Shown piece after piece: positions 27,136 through 38,935 of a stretch of DNA of 64,000 bases (its first letter is position 1; every line of letters starts with the position of its first letter). Where the stretch lies: the NCBI RefSeq assembly GCF_964194025.1, contig NC_134476.1, forward strand, positions 27,280,001 through 27,344,000, written 5' to 3'. Made by a program: the position numbers and the translations under genes. The notes below the pieces were generated by a model that saw only the letters and a program-made list of their open reading frames with translations, did no database searches and was not told the DNA's origin. The DNA comes from Convolutriloba macropyga. Lineage: Eukaryota.

Positions 27136-28145
27136 CAAAAATCTTGACAAAAAACAAAAAAACCAAGGGAAGGTCAATAATAGCCTCAGCTTTCGCTTTG
27201 CCGAAAATAAAGAAAACTTAAGCGCGAGCTGACACGTGTAGGATTAATAAGGTGAAGAGAGAAAATTCTACAATGAAAATAGATTTACTCGTTAACATCG
27301 ACAAGTTGCTCAACAAAAACAAAATTGATACGCAAACAGTAACTAATGATGTTAACGATGAGTTCAAATAGATCCGACGTTGAAAAGAGCCAGAAATTTA
27401 ATAAAAATAATAACTTAATTTGCAAACTCAATTAAATTTAACTCCTGAATTGATACTAGAAAATTTTAAACCAATTACAGCCCAGTTTTTCAGAGTTGAA
27501 TTTTTTTTATTTACCTGCATACTAAATCTAAAGTGATGAAACAATTGATTGGACTGTAATTTTCGCGGGATACGGCAATGCTTCAGCGGCTGATGGGGAC
27601 TTGATATGGATCTATCCCAACAGGACAGGAGATTATCCAAGCAAATAATTTTCGTATTAATTATTACTACCAATTTAGGGCAATTCAATGTTCTTGGCTC
27701 TTTTTGGATCACGCCAGCTTTCAGTGATTTTTAACGTCGGCTCTTTTTGACTGAACCCTTTTAACATTTAATAAATTTGAGAAATTTTGCACGATATAAC
27801 CAAATTCCATTCAACTTCCGACCAGACAACTCGGTTTCGGAAAAAAACCATGGAAAAAACCCCCTAACCAAAATTAAATAGGAAAAAAACCGACGAAAAG
27901 AAACCTCCAAGGAAAAAACCCACGGAAATAAACCCTCACTTGACTGTCAAAGAGATGTCAAATCAATCAAATTAAATAAAACACAATTACACAGATAAAA
28001 AGCAAAAGATTGAAACAGTTTCTCAATTATGCAATTGTCAGCAAATGAAAACTGGTCTAAAACTCAAACAGGTACCGAGTTAGGAAATGGGATTTCGCAA
28101 ATATGTCTGACCGTTTGAATTTAGTTTGAGCGTTTGTTGTTATAG

Positions 28146-28194
28146 GATTGTGAGAGACGCGATTGCCCCAACTGGAACGAAACACGACGTACTG
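28146..28194 (+). CDS. Annexin-like protein exon 3 (49 nt)
   Basis: TATAG|G ATT GTG AGA GAC GCG ATT GCC CCA ACT GGA ACG ... CTG|GTCAGA encodes IVRDAIAPTGTKHDVL, the start of repeat 2; phases 2 to 0 fit both neighbours. Confidence 0.8.
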
Positions 28195-28577
28195 GTCAGA
28201 TACATATAATATTCTACCATAACAACAGCTAGACCTATTATAGCTCACCTACATATGTCGGTTCACTTTGCAACTTCATTGCTTTAATATCAGCAATTCA
28301 TGGAAGCTTATGATTTTATCATCATCCAAAGACCTCCACAAAACAGACAAACAAGTTTTTCCTTATGAGTGCCAAAAGCAAAGAGTTTAGCAGTTTACAG
28401 TAGTGAATATTCACTGACTTTTTCATAAAAAAACTAAATTAAAATTAAAAACAAACAGCTTTAACCAGCACCTCAATACAATTCAAATTCTTTCAGTAAA
28501 TATTTATTCTTTCATGAGTGATAGTTATAAAAAGTAACTGGGATAATACGTCTCAAGTTGAACACAGTGCAATTTAG

Positions 28578-29069
28578 GTTGACGTCATAGCCACAAGCTC
28601 AGTAAACGAAATGCTCCACATGCGTGAAGCCTACCAGCGATTCTACAACATCTCGGTCGAAAGGGATCTAGCCAAGGAACTAAACGGGCAGGGTATCTAC
28701 AGAGATCTCATTCTCCATTTGGTCAACCGCTACACCAACAAGCAAAACATCACGTGGGTGAAAGACATGGTTAAACGGAGCGGCGACGCCTCAGATGGTG
28801 ATTTGAATAACTTTGTCCGAGTTATGAGGGCACTATACGCTTGCGGATTGGCAGGACGGCATTACTATTTTGCTCAAAGAATCCATTCAGCTGTGGCTGG
28901 AGCAGGCACTAAAGACTCAGAGCTCATTGGTCTGATCACTTCTCGAACAGAGCGGGATTTAAGGGCTGTCCAAGAGAGCTATCTAACGCTATACGAACAC
29001 AGTTTGGCTTCTGATTTGAAAAATGATCTTTCCGGAGACTATTTGAAGCTCATGCTTAAACTGCTCTAA
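28578..29069 (+). CDS. Annexin-like protein exon 4 (rest of repeat 2, shortened repeat 3, repeat 4)
   Basis: TTTAG|GTTGAC; ends FAQRIHSAVAGAGTKDSELIGLITSRTERDL...SLASDLKNDLSGDYLKLMLKLL*. Joined CDS is 1095 nt (364 aa). Confidence 0.9.
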   Translation, partial: VDVIATSSVNEMLHMREAYQRFYNISVERDLAKELNGQGIYRDLILHLVNRYTNKQNITWVKDMVKRSGDASDGDLNNFVRVMRALYACGLAGRHYYFAQRIHSAVAGAGTKDSELIGLITSRTERDLRAVQESYLTLYEHSLASDLKNDLSGDYLKLMLKLL

Positions 29070-29550
29070 TTGCTGAGAGATGTTGTAAAAAGCAGTGAAT
29101 TCTTAGAGGTATTCGTAACACTTGCACAGAAAATCAACCCCTTAATATTGGCGGCATTATTATTGAAGCTCATGACTGTAATTTAAAACAATATAACCCT
29201 TCAAAAACAATATTGTGGTAGTGTAAATGATTTCCCTATTTGATTTCTTCCTTGAAATCACACACTGTTGAGGAACCTGAAAAATTGGTCCCGAGAAGGG
29301 TACTATCCAAATACATTTTTGACAATTAAAAAAGGCACCGTTCCCTTTAACAGGTGGAATGGTAAGCCTCTATGATTGATCTAACCAAAACGTTATAATT
29401 GATGTAACTTTACGTTGCTACGGCCATACTCACCTCTTCAAGTATATATAAATGATTATCAAAACAAAAACGGGCATTCGTTTCTCCATACCAGTTTAGA
29501 ACAAAATAAACTCTGAAGGAGAGAAGAAGTTCATCAGATATTAATCTTAC

Positions 29551-29919
29551 CTAATTCTGATAAAATCTTAGCATTCGCCTCGCGAGCATTTCGTCTGTTG
29601 AGGTTTTCACACTTTATTCTGAAATGTTCAGCCGCCATTGTTGTCGTACGTTGGCTCAAATACTCAATACGTTCCAGTTTCTTCCGTGTAGCTTCAAACT
29701 TATCCATGAGGTCATTAATCTGAGACCGGAGATTGTTGCGTTCTTTCCTCTTCTGTTGAATAACAAATGCCTTTCTGTGGATAAGGCGAAGCCTCTGCTC
29801 ATCAAGAACCCTGTTTTTTATAGTTGTGAAGCTGACGTCACTCAGATTGCGCAATAGAGGGGGTTCTATCCTCGGATAAATCGAGGGGTTATCGAAAGCA
29901 CCAAGGTTTTGGATAGAAT
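29551..29919 (-). CDS. UVRAG: UVRAG coding exon 2 (coiled coil)
   Basis: GTTCAG|AT ... G|GTAAGA (phase 1 to 1). RLRLIHRKAFVIQQ resembles SLLRLHRAQCAIKQ. Confidence 0.8.
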
Positions 29920-30690
29920 CTGAACAGACAACTCTTATGAACAAATAATTCACTCTCATTAACTATTAAGGAAGCTCTGTATTAAGCGTTTGATTATCAA
30001 ACTTCAACCCATTTCAATTCAAACTATCCGCAATATAATGAAAAAGCCTTGATAAAAACTTTCTATTATCACAAAATATTGACTAGTGATCAATACAGTT
30101 TTTTTTAAAAAAAACAAACAAACCAAAAAACACCTGAAACTTTTCTTACAGATCTTAAAACAAAAAAAACATAACCGACTAAACGTCGGAAGAATTGCTC
30201 TTGAACGACTAGTGGAAGCTCTAATCAATTGCAGCCTGCTTCAGTCGGGGGGGGGGGGGGGGGGTGGGGGAGCCTAAATGGGACTAAGAAGTTCTCTAGT
30301 GGGCTTCAAATAACCACATTAGAGGTTAACATATACCACTATTAAGATTTCAATTGAATGGCACTAGTTTCGGCGCACTTTTCATTTGACTTTTAGTAAT
30401 AAATTGCCGTCAATTGAGTTCAGCTGCTTGAAATTGTGATTGAGAGAGAATTTTAGATCACGCGAAATGCAAAAAGTCAAGGGCGTAAAAGTCACTCGAA
30501 AAGTCAAAATTGTCAAGCGAAAATTTTGTATAGAAAACATAGCCGGTAGAATACCAGAAACGACTCGAATCGTCGTGCAAAATAATCTCTACCCTAACTT
30601 GGACAAAATCAGATTATCGAAAAAAAACACTAGAAATAACAACAATACTAGACCAATATAACATAAAAAGCGTTAAAACTTTTTCAGTTC

Positions 30691-30980
30691 AGGGGTGTGG
30701 GTAGGTTCTGGTGGAGGGGGGGTTGGAAGGTGGGGGCAGGTAGGTTGTGTAGGTAGGTGGGGTGGGGTTAGTAGGTACGTTGCGGGGGGGGAGGTAGGTA
30801 CGCGGGGGGGGGGAAGGTAGGTACCAGGGGGGGGAGGTAGGTACGGGGGGGTAGTTACATTGGGGTTGGGGGGTAGGTACATTGGGGGGGGGGGGGAGTT
30901 GGGTGGTGGGGGTAGGTACGTTGGGGGGAGGGGGGTAGGTACGTGGGGGGTATTTTTTTGGGGGGCGGGGTAGGTAGTTA
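30691..30980 (+). repeat. G-rich minisatellite (GnTAGGTAC units), G-quadruplex-prone
   Basis: Repeated GGGG..TAGGTAC(G/A/C) units with long G runs. Confidence 0.85.
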
Positions 30981-31769
30981 AATGGGACCAAATTTTCTCA
31001 AATTGACCTCTTCACCTTGAATTACAGACTGTTACCAATTGCTATACATTACAAACTAAGCTACTGTTAAAGTCCAATGTTCGAAAACAGAAGTCAACAA
31101 TCAAAAACGGAGGTAAACGCTCGATCTGAAAGAAGTCAAAATTCAATTCATGAACAAACTTGCTTTCTGCTAAAAAAACCTGTGGAATCTCAATACTCCT
31201 CTTCGAGTCGTAAAAAGACACACAGGTTACAATAATTGCTATGAACTACGTTCAAGAGCAATTAAACAACATTAACTCAAATGTTACTCAAACTTTAACA
31301 ACCAAATATCAACAAATTGAACATCCCTGAGACAACAGACGTAGCGAAAAAATGGAATTATCCCGAGTGCAACAAAAACAATGGGTAGAATTACTTGAGA
31401 CAGAAATCTGATTACATAAACTTTGATGGGCACCTGAATTTTCAACAAAATGGAAAAAATGTGCTGCAAAAAATTGTTTTGAATCCGAGGCAATCAAAAA
31501 GTATTTTGCTGTCCATAAAAGACTAAAACTAGCAACAGCATTGGTACTGAAACGTTTCACAAAAGCGCCGTTCTGCTAAATAGTATGAGCGCATCGCTTT
31601 TAAATTCAGTAGAAAAACGAATTGAGCTGAACCAACCAACGAGCGGTTCGCTTCTGTAGTAGCTAGCTGGGGCTTAGGGATGCATCATTGGGGAACGGAG
31701 TAGGGGTCGAGCAAAGAAAGGGGGTTGATTTGTAGGGCTAGATGGGGGGGGGGTCGAAATCATCAGGTG

Positions 31770-32590
31770 GAAGCGCCCCTCCTTGCAAACGAGGATTTCA
31801 GCCGTCTCGTCTGTTGCTAGGGAAGTTCTGGCTTGGAATCGTTAGCAACATCAGTTGAAGTATAGTGTTAGTCTTGCAGTTTACCTTTGTCAGTGATGAA
31901 GGTCGCGAGTTGCTGACAGTCCTGATACGACAGGAAATCCAGGAAAGTAGATGTGGTTGCGAGGGCCACGCATGATCGTGGTTCTTACAAACGAAGAAAA
32001 AGTGGTAGGCATTTTCCTCTGAACTTTTAAATTCGCAATTGGGAGAAGCTGCATGGCTTAATTTCTATTCCATCTCCTTGTATTCCAAGGAGTTTCCAAA
32101 CAAAAGTCCAGCAACCTTGTTTGCTTTGTAAGGATTTCTGCGGAGCAGTGGGCTTGTTGTTCCTATCTCTGGGACAAATCTCGCGAAATTCTTTAAAAAT
32201 CCTAATGTGTAGGACCATCTATTGGCTCATTCTTTGTTGACAAAATCTGCTATTGAATTCGCTGAGTATTGCGGTGGATCCTCGTTTGCGGCCACTTGCC
32301 TTTGATATCTTTCTAGATCGTTCTGCAGGATATGACTTGTGCTCCGTTGTAATTGAAGTGCTTCATCGCGGGCAGTAGAGATCAAGTCTGGGCCATTGTC
32401 TTGTTTTGATGAGGAATTTGAAATTCAAGCTTTTGCCAAAGATGTCCACCGGTGGTATACTGAGGGCACACTCGGCTGCTGGAATTGACGGTGAGGCAGT
32501 TTTGTAAAATGGATCGAACGACCTTGTTCTGAAAACTTTGGAGATCTTTCGTTTTTTTTGCCCCCATACCGATATCCTACTTTTCAAAAA
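31770..32590 (-). mobile_element. 5'-truncated, frameshifted non-LTR retrotransposon 3' end
   Basis: Post-RT motifs ISVWG...LQSFQNKVVRSI...ECALSIPPVD and C-terminal zinc knuckle SPNCE....EENAYHFFFVC. Confidence 0.65.
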
Positions 32591-34073
32591 CTAAATATGC
32601 TGACCCTGCAACCAATACCATCAGAACATCTACAGTAAGTTTTTCCATTTTTAACCCATTTTCGATTCTAATTATCTTGAAAACTGCTGCAAATTATGGT
32701 TAAAAGCACAAAATAATGGGTCAGAGCTGTAAGAAGTTTATCTTATCTTTTATGGAACACTAGCATGGAGAAACTTTCGGTTTGCTTAATTGAGTTAAAT
32801 TAATCTGACATTTTGAAGTAATTAACTAATTGTGTTATCTACTATATCTTGGTTTCTACGACTATCCATTATATCTTTATAACCTCTTCGCGTTATAATA
32901 TTTTGATATTGTTATCCAAAATGCACTAACAAAAAAAACGCCCAGAAATTTCTCACCTCAACGGAAAAAGGTAAAAGAAAAGAATATTTAAAATAACGTA
33001 TTTCCGGCACGTATTTCTCGCGTCTTCAAGAATCCATCAATTTCATTTTTTCATAAAAAGCAAACCTAAATTTTGAGGAATTGTTAATTTTAAGTCTTTA
33101 CTCATGAAATATCTCCAACTTATTTTTTCAAGGGAACTCAAAGTTATTAGTCAACCTAAATGAGCGATTCGCGAAAATAAATACTTTGTCTGTCACCAAT
33201 TTCCACATGTTTACAAAAAGATGTTTCAACTTAAACGCAAATTACTAAGCGATATATCTAAAGCCTGATCTGCTTGAGAAACACAATTTATCAAGAACTA
33301 TTTTCAGGAGCACAAATCCTTGCGCGAAAAAACCACCCTCACCAATAGTCATCAAAGCTGGGGAACAAGCACAACAACTTTCAGACAAACCTCTGTCAAG
33401 ATTTTCACAAAAAGAAAATTTTTGAATTCCTCATGCTTCTATATTTTAACAGTGCCATTAGACTGTCAATGATTTCCTTAAAACAACATAGCAAAACACA
33501 GCAACAATTAAGAATTAAATATAGCTAAAAAGACGGGAAAAATCAGAAGAACAACATGTTCTAATTAAAAATTGAGAAAACAAATTACTCAAAAACAAGG
33601 GTTCTTGAAAATGACTTCCATGCCAAATTGTTCATTTTCGAAAACCGATCGCATAAACCCAAAAAAACCTGTGCAGATACGCTTGAATTAGTGAAAAATT
33701 TTCGTCAAAAATGAGAACATAGAGTTAATCTGTCAAATAAGCAACCGTAGCGCCAAAAGACACGAGTGAGTCACAATGAAAAAATTTCCAAACATTGATA
33801 ACTCGTAAAGCGAAACATCAACATTTTTCCAGCAACATTGAATTTTGATATTAAATAAAGAATGACATTAACCGCGAAAAAGTAAACGCAAATAAGAACA
33901 TAATTTGAAAATTTACTTTTTCAGAAACTAGTGACGTAAGAATAATCGATATCAACATTTCATATAAACAATTAAACTACGCATCACTAGAAAGCGCATA
34001 CTATACAACAACCTTGCCGAAATCAACGAGCAACGAACTGAAACAAAAAGCAAAAACAAATTTAAAAGAAAAC

Positions 34074-34592
34074 ATAGCCGGCAGATTGCCGGAAAATACC
34101 CGCCGTTGACGCGCTTGATGCATATCGGGATTGAAACAGAAAAAAAGAAAAGATAAATTGACAAATTTTGTTCTATTTTTTTTTCAGTGTCAAAAAGTGT
34201 TCTAATGCGGCGTAAATTTTCAGTTGGATTCCAAAACTATACTTAACTCAGCTTCTAAACAAAGCTAATAAGCTTAATACCAATTTCAGCTAGCAAACAC
34301 TCTAATGAACTTTGATAACCTAACTCTCAATGACTTAATCACCGGACTTTATCGGTTTATCCCATCTCCTTTGATTTTTCTCTTTTGACCTTGACTATAT
34401 TAACTATCTTGGGTAATTCATTGAGTGAATGGATTTAAAAACCATTGAGTTGAAACACTGAGTGAGGTAAGTCAGAAGTCAAACGTGAAAGTCGTGACTT
34501 ATGTACTACGAAAAACGTGATAAAAAGGTAAAGCCAATTAAAAAAGGAGAGCGCCTAAATAATAGCCGTTTGAGAGGCTGATGGCGGCTATT
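34074..34592 (-). mobile_element. HINE/Helentron-like family A variant
   Basis: ATAGCCGGCAGATTGCCGGAAAATACCCGCC ... AATAGCCG..GGCGGCTATT. Confidence 0.6.
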
Positions 34593-35744
34593 AAAAAATC
34601 TGCATAATAAAATAAATAACAATGGCATGCATACAATTTTAATAGAAAAATATCCTTTCTTTATTCCCATTAAGTGAAATGGACCAAAATCATATAAAAG
34701 CGAGATTCAAAATTCCACTAAAACGTATAAAAAAATCGGCATCTAATTTGATTCAATTATGCCTCAATAAAGACATTTGAAAAAAATATATACTGGCAAA
34801 CTTTAAAAATCACTAATATTTTTGACAATAAATGGATTCAAAGCCATAAAAAGTATTAGCTGCCGGTTCAGGGATTCTAAAATTTGCATACATACGCAAT
34901 TGGAGTACATGTGTAACTTGAGAGAATAGCACTCAAGAGAAAAAACACTAAAAAGAAGTCAAATTTAGAGACGTGAAAAAAAAGTTCCCTCTCAAAAACC
35001 AAAAGTTTGTTTGAACACCAAATTCTCACTCCACTTTAAAGTAATTTGAAAAAACGCTGCAAAACTAACAGTCATTTCGCTCCGTTTACTGCTCCAGCGT
35101 TACTGAATCCCTACTCTAATTTGACTTCTAATCGACAATCTTTCGATAGTAAAGGAAAATTAGGGCCGCTATAACAGCCGGCTGAGAAGATTAGGACGGC
35201 TATTAATCTCCCCATTAAGCGAAAAAAATGCACACTTTTGTATACGAGAAGTTAATTTCAGCTGGTAAACGGAAAAGAATTGTTTTAAACTAGATATTAA
35301 AATGAGCTCATACTACGTTTATTATCTATCAGAGGGTAATAGTTTTCATGTTCTTTCGGCCTTGTGGTACTACTAGTGTCCACTTGCATTTGAAAAGATT
35401 GATGCTTCTATACCCTCCAAAATTGGCACTTTGCTCTGTTTCACTGCACAAAGGAGGGAGGGGGGTCCAAACCGCCCAAAAAATGCATTTACACATGACT
35501 TTATGATTTCTCAGCAGCTTTGATGAATTGTACACAAAGAGACTAGCGCATCACTGAGAGAGGTGCTCAGCGACTTAATACCCACCGGGCTTTACTTGTT
35601 TATCCCATTTTGAGGACGAAAAAGTTGAAAGCGTCAGGCTAAAAATCGAACAGGCAAAAAATCGCATATAAAAGACTGCAAGGACTGATATAACTGGTAT
35701 AAACTTCGTTTGAGAATAATTAAAAATGAAATACTTAGACTAAC

Positions 35745-36291
35745 CCGGACTACAATAGAAAGCGTCATTGAAGACTAAAATGAAACTGTTGGGTTTGAAC
35801 TTCAACTGCGATAGGTAATAGACAGAAGATCCAACAAATTCAGTCAAGTCTATCAGAACTCCGCCGCCTCCTTGGATGAAAGAGCCGATAAATATTAAGT
35901 TCTCAATATTAACTGTCTGGGAGAAGGCCACTAGGTCATTGCAGCAAACTTCAAGGACGAAAGATCTTGTTGAAAGTAGACTGTCGAATTCTGTATCGTG
36001 TAACTGGAAATTGTGATAAATAAAATCTCTTTTGGGTTCTAACTCTCTACTGTTATGCAACACTGTTCCCAATAACGACTTGATAACTATTGTTAGAGAC
36101 TGGGATGAAAGTGAAACAGATTGTGACGAGGCATTGGGGCTCGTGCCGCTTTGCGGTGATGGTAGGAGGACATTTCTGAATATGATTTCTGATATGCTTC
36201 TTAGTCTGCGTTGGTAGAGTATGTCTTGAAAGAAGATGCCCAAATTGTGCGGCTTCGGGACGCACCCTTGCACGTCTGTCACTATCTGCAT
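35745..36291 (-). CDS. UVRAG: UVRAG coding exon 1 (C2-like domain)
   Basis: YQRRLRSISEIIFRNV and NSFILVFNDAFYCSP match UVRAG QRRLRHLRNIAARNI and NEIIFGLNDGYYGAP. Donor G|GTTAGT, phase 1. Five exons total 2409 nt (802 aa). Confidence 0.85.
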
Positions 36292-36652
36292 TCACTACTC
36301 TGAAAAAAATAATCAAGCTTTCTAGGAGTGTTGACAAAAGTTATAATCACATTACCAGTGATATTATGGACTTTCAACTTCGTAAAAGGAAGTCGAAATT
36401 GAAATGTTGGTACGGCTACAACTAAGAATCAGCTATTATCCACACATCTATCAGCTTACTTGAAAATTGAAAAAAAATGCCCACCTGATTAAGCAAATAA
36501 CGCTTCATTTGGATCAAATTTTTCCTCCCTCTGCTACCACTTTAAGTTTGCGTCAAGTTAAAAAAAACGATGAGGATTGTTTGAATAATAAATTCAATTT
36601 ACTGCTTAAACAAATTGAACCAATTTATCATTCAACTCCAGAGAAGAAAAGA

Positions 36653-36841
36653 TTAATCAAACAATCCGAAACCCATGTCATCATCGGATTCCTCTTCTGA
36701 CTCCTCCTTTTTCTCTTCTTTCTTCTCTTCGGCAGGAGCATCAGCGCCACCCGCAGCAACACCACCGCCACCACCTGCAGCAACTGCTCCACCACCCGAT
36801 GGAACAGATGCCATTTTAGATGAACCAGAAGCGATCAGACC
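36653..36841 (-). CDS. RPLP2: 60S acidic ribosomal protein P2, coding exon 2
   Basis: [18 protein letters not shown]...[25 protein letters not shown]; acceptor TGCTCCAG|GGT. Confidence 0.95.
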   Translation of the reverse strand, partial: GLIASGSSKMASVPSGGGAVAAGGGGGVAAGGADAPAEEKKEEKKEESEEESDDDMGFGLFD

Positions 36842-38095
36842 CTGGAGCAATAAGTCTATTTAACAAAATCACTAGTTCTCAATTAGCTCTTAATTTACAA
36901 TATGTCTGTAGTCAATATACATTAGTCAAAGTGACAGCCAGAACAAATGTACAAACGGTAAGAATCAATTCTTAAAACGAAAATCTCACCTTTTAAAGAC
37001 TTAAGAAAACATGCAGCTCATAAAATGACATCCGCAAGATCTTGAGATAGTAACAGCGTCTTTCGTAACTGTAACGGTGATGGGAACCAACAGTTTATAT
37101 CACTTGCTTTTAACACACTCATAAATGAAGATCCTCGTGGATAAGACACTCGTGGTCAAAACCCAACCCCACCCCATCCAGTACGTTATGCACCCGCAAA
37201 GCACGTGCCATTAAATTGAAAACCATTAAGATTATGAAAGTATGGCACGTGATTTGGGGTTGCAAATACTATGCACCAACTAAGCAAAGGGAGACGGAAA
37301 AAGATACCTAACCTTTCCTATATGATATGCTTTCGAGCGTAGTAGTTTTAAAAAACCCAAAGAGGTCTTGAGAAGCCGATTCTCTGAGAACCGCTAGCTA
37401 ACAATAATTTAAAGAAAGCCCATAAATATCAGGCTAACAACCGAAACATCCAAATGAGAAAACCATTTTATGTTCAAAGTTATTGTAAAAGTGGGACTGA
37501 GCAAAAATGTAGAGCTATGATAATTTCGCTAATTTCATTCCTTTCACTGCTCGCCGAACTTTTCAGATGAAGAGCGCATTGGGCGAAAACTATCAAGCGA
37601 AATATCGGATAAGAATGGAAACAAATCGCAGATCGTAGAGTTGTGCCAACTGAAATCTAGAACCAACAATGGCATAACCAATATTCAAAATATACTACAA
37701 GGCGAGCAAAAGAAGCTTCAGACGTAGATAAATTTTCTCACTTTTTATGATAGGAAGGGTGAAGGGGTATGTTCGTACTTGTGAGGTAGTCTAGTCGTGA
37801 ACAATTAAGGTTCGGCTATAACAAAAAAAGCAAAATATTGGAGAAGACTAGAGACTGGAGGGAAAAAATTAGCAGCACCAAAATGAAGTAAAAATTATCT
37901 ACGTCACTCTAATTGCCAAAATGAAGCAAGAAGAAAGAAAAAACATGAAGTAACAAAAGAAAAAAAATACTTATAGCTTGCAAAAAGAAGCCTTACTTTG
38001 ATGAAAAAAGAAAACAGCGCGTCCTCTTTCCTATCAAAGCCAGGCTTAATTTTTATTAAAACTTCAACAATACTGTAAGAAATCATATAAAAAAC

Positions 38096-38808
38096 ATAGC
38101 TGGCAGATTGCCAAAAAAATAGTCGCGACATCTTTGTAGATCTGCAGTCTCAAAGATCGAAAAAAAAACAGACCGAAAAAGAACATCTCTGCACTAGATG
38201 TTATATTTTGATTAGAATCCTGATTAACTTTATGTCTACTTCTAATAGCTGCTCTCAAAAAACCTTCAATTAGAGCGACTTATACTCACTGGACCTTATC
38301 TCTTTGAACTAGAGTTAAAAAGGTCGATTTCAGAGTGAGTAGTCATTTTTGAGAGAGGTATATCACGTTGGGCGAAAAAATTTTATCACTCGAGTGTACA
38401 AAAAAAATCATTTCAAGTAAAAATGACGTCAAACAAAAGTGACATAAACTCGACAGTAGTAACCTTCAAAAAGAGTCATACAAACGTAGTGACACACATA
38501 CTCACTTGACCATATCGCCTCAAATTAAAGCAAATAAAAAAATTTAGAGTGTGGAAGTCATTTTTGAGAGTGCAGTAATTCAATTGTGACCAAAAAGGGC
38601 ACCGAAATGAACAAAAATCTAGCTCTACTGTGATTAAAAATGACGTCATACGCACGCGCAACCCAGTTGAAATTGCATGAACGAATTAACGAAAAGCAGA
38701 TTTGAAGGCGATTCTGACGTCATATGGTCGTAACAAAAATATTGACGAAACTATAAAAAAAACAAAGAGAAGGCCAATAATAGCCCCAGATATCGCTTTG
38801 CGGCTATT
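38096..38808 (-). mobile_element. HINE/Helentron-like family A copy
   Basis: ATAGCTGGCAGATTGCCA ... AATAGCCCCAGATATCGCTTTGCGGCTATT. Confidence 0.6.
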
Positions 38809-38935
38809 AAAAAAAACACACGGATACAAAGTGAAGGATAAAACAAAATTTGCACAAATAATTTAACTTGCAAAGTTTGGTTAATTTACTAATGACTTTC
38901 ATATTTCAACTGCCGCCAATTGAGTTCGGTTGCTT

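Noticed and set aside
30673-30991. Proline-rich extensin-like ORFs
   Set aside because: Translation of the G-rich minisatellite; open in two frames, no gene context.
37187-37264. Intronic snoRNA in RPLP2 (hairpin with ~23-bp arms)
   Set aside because: No convincing C/D or H/ACA boxes identified by eye; needs an Infernal or snoscan search.
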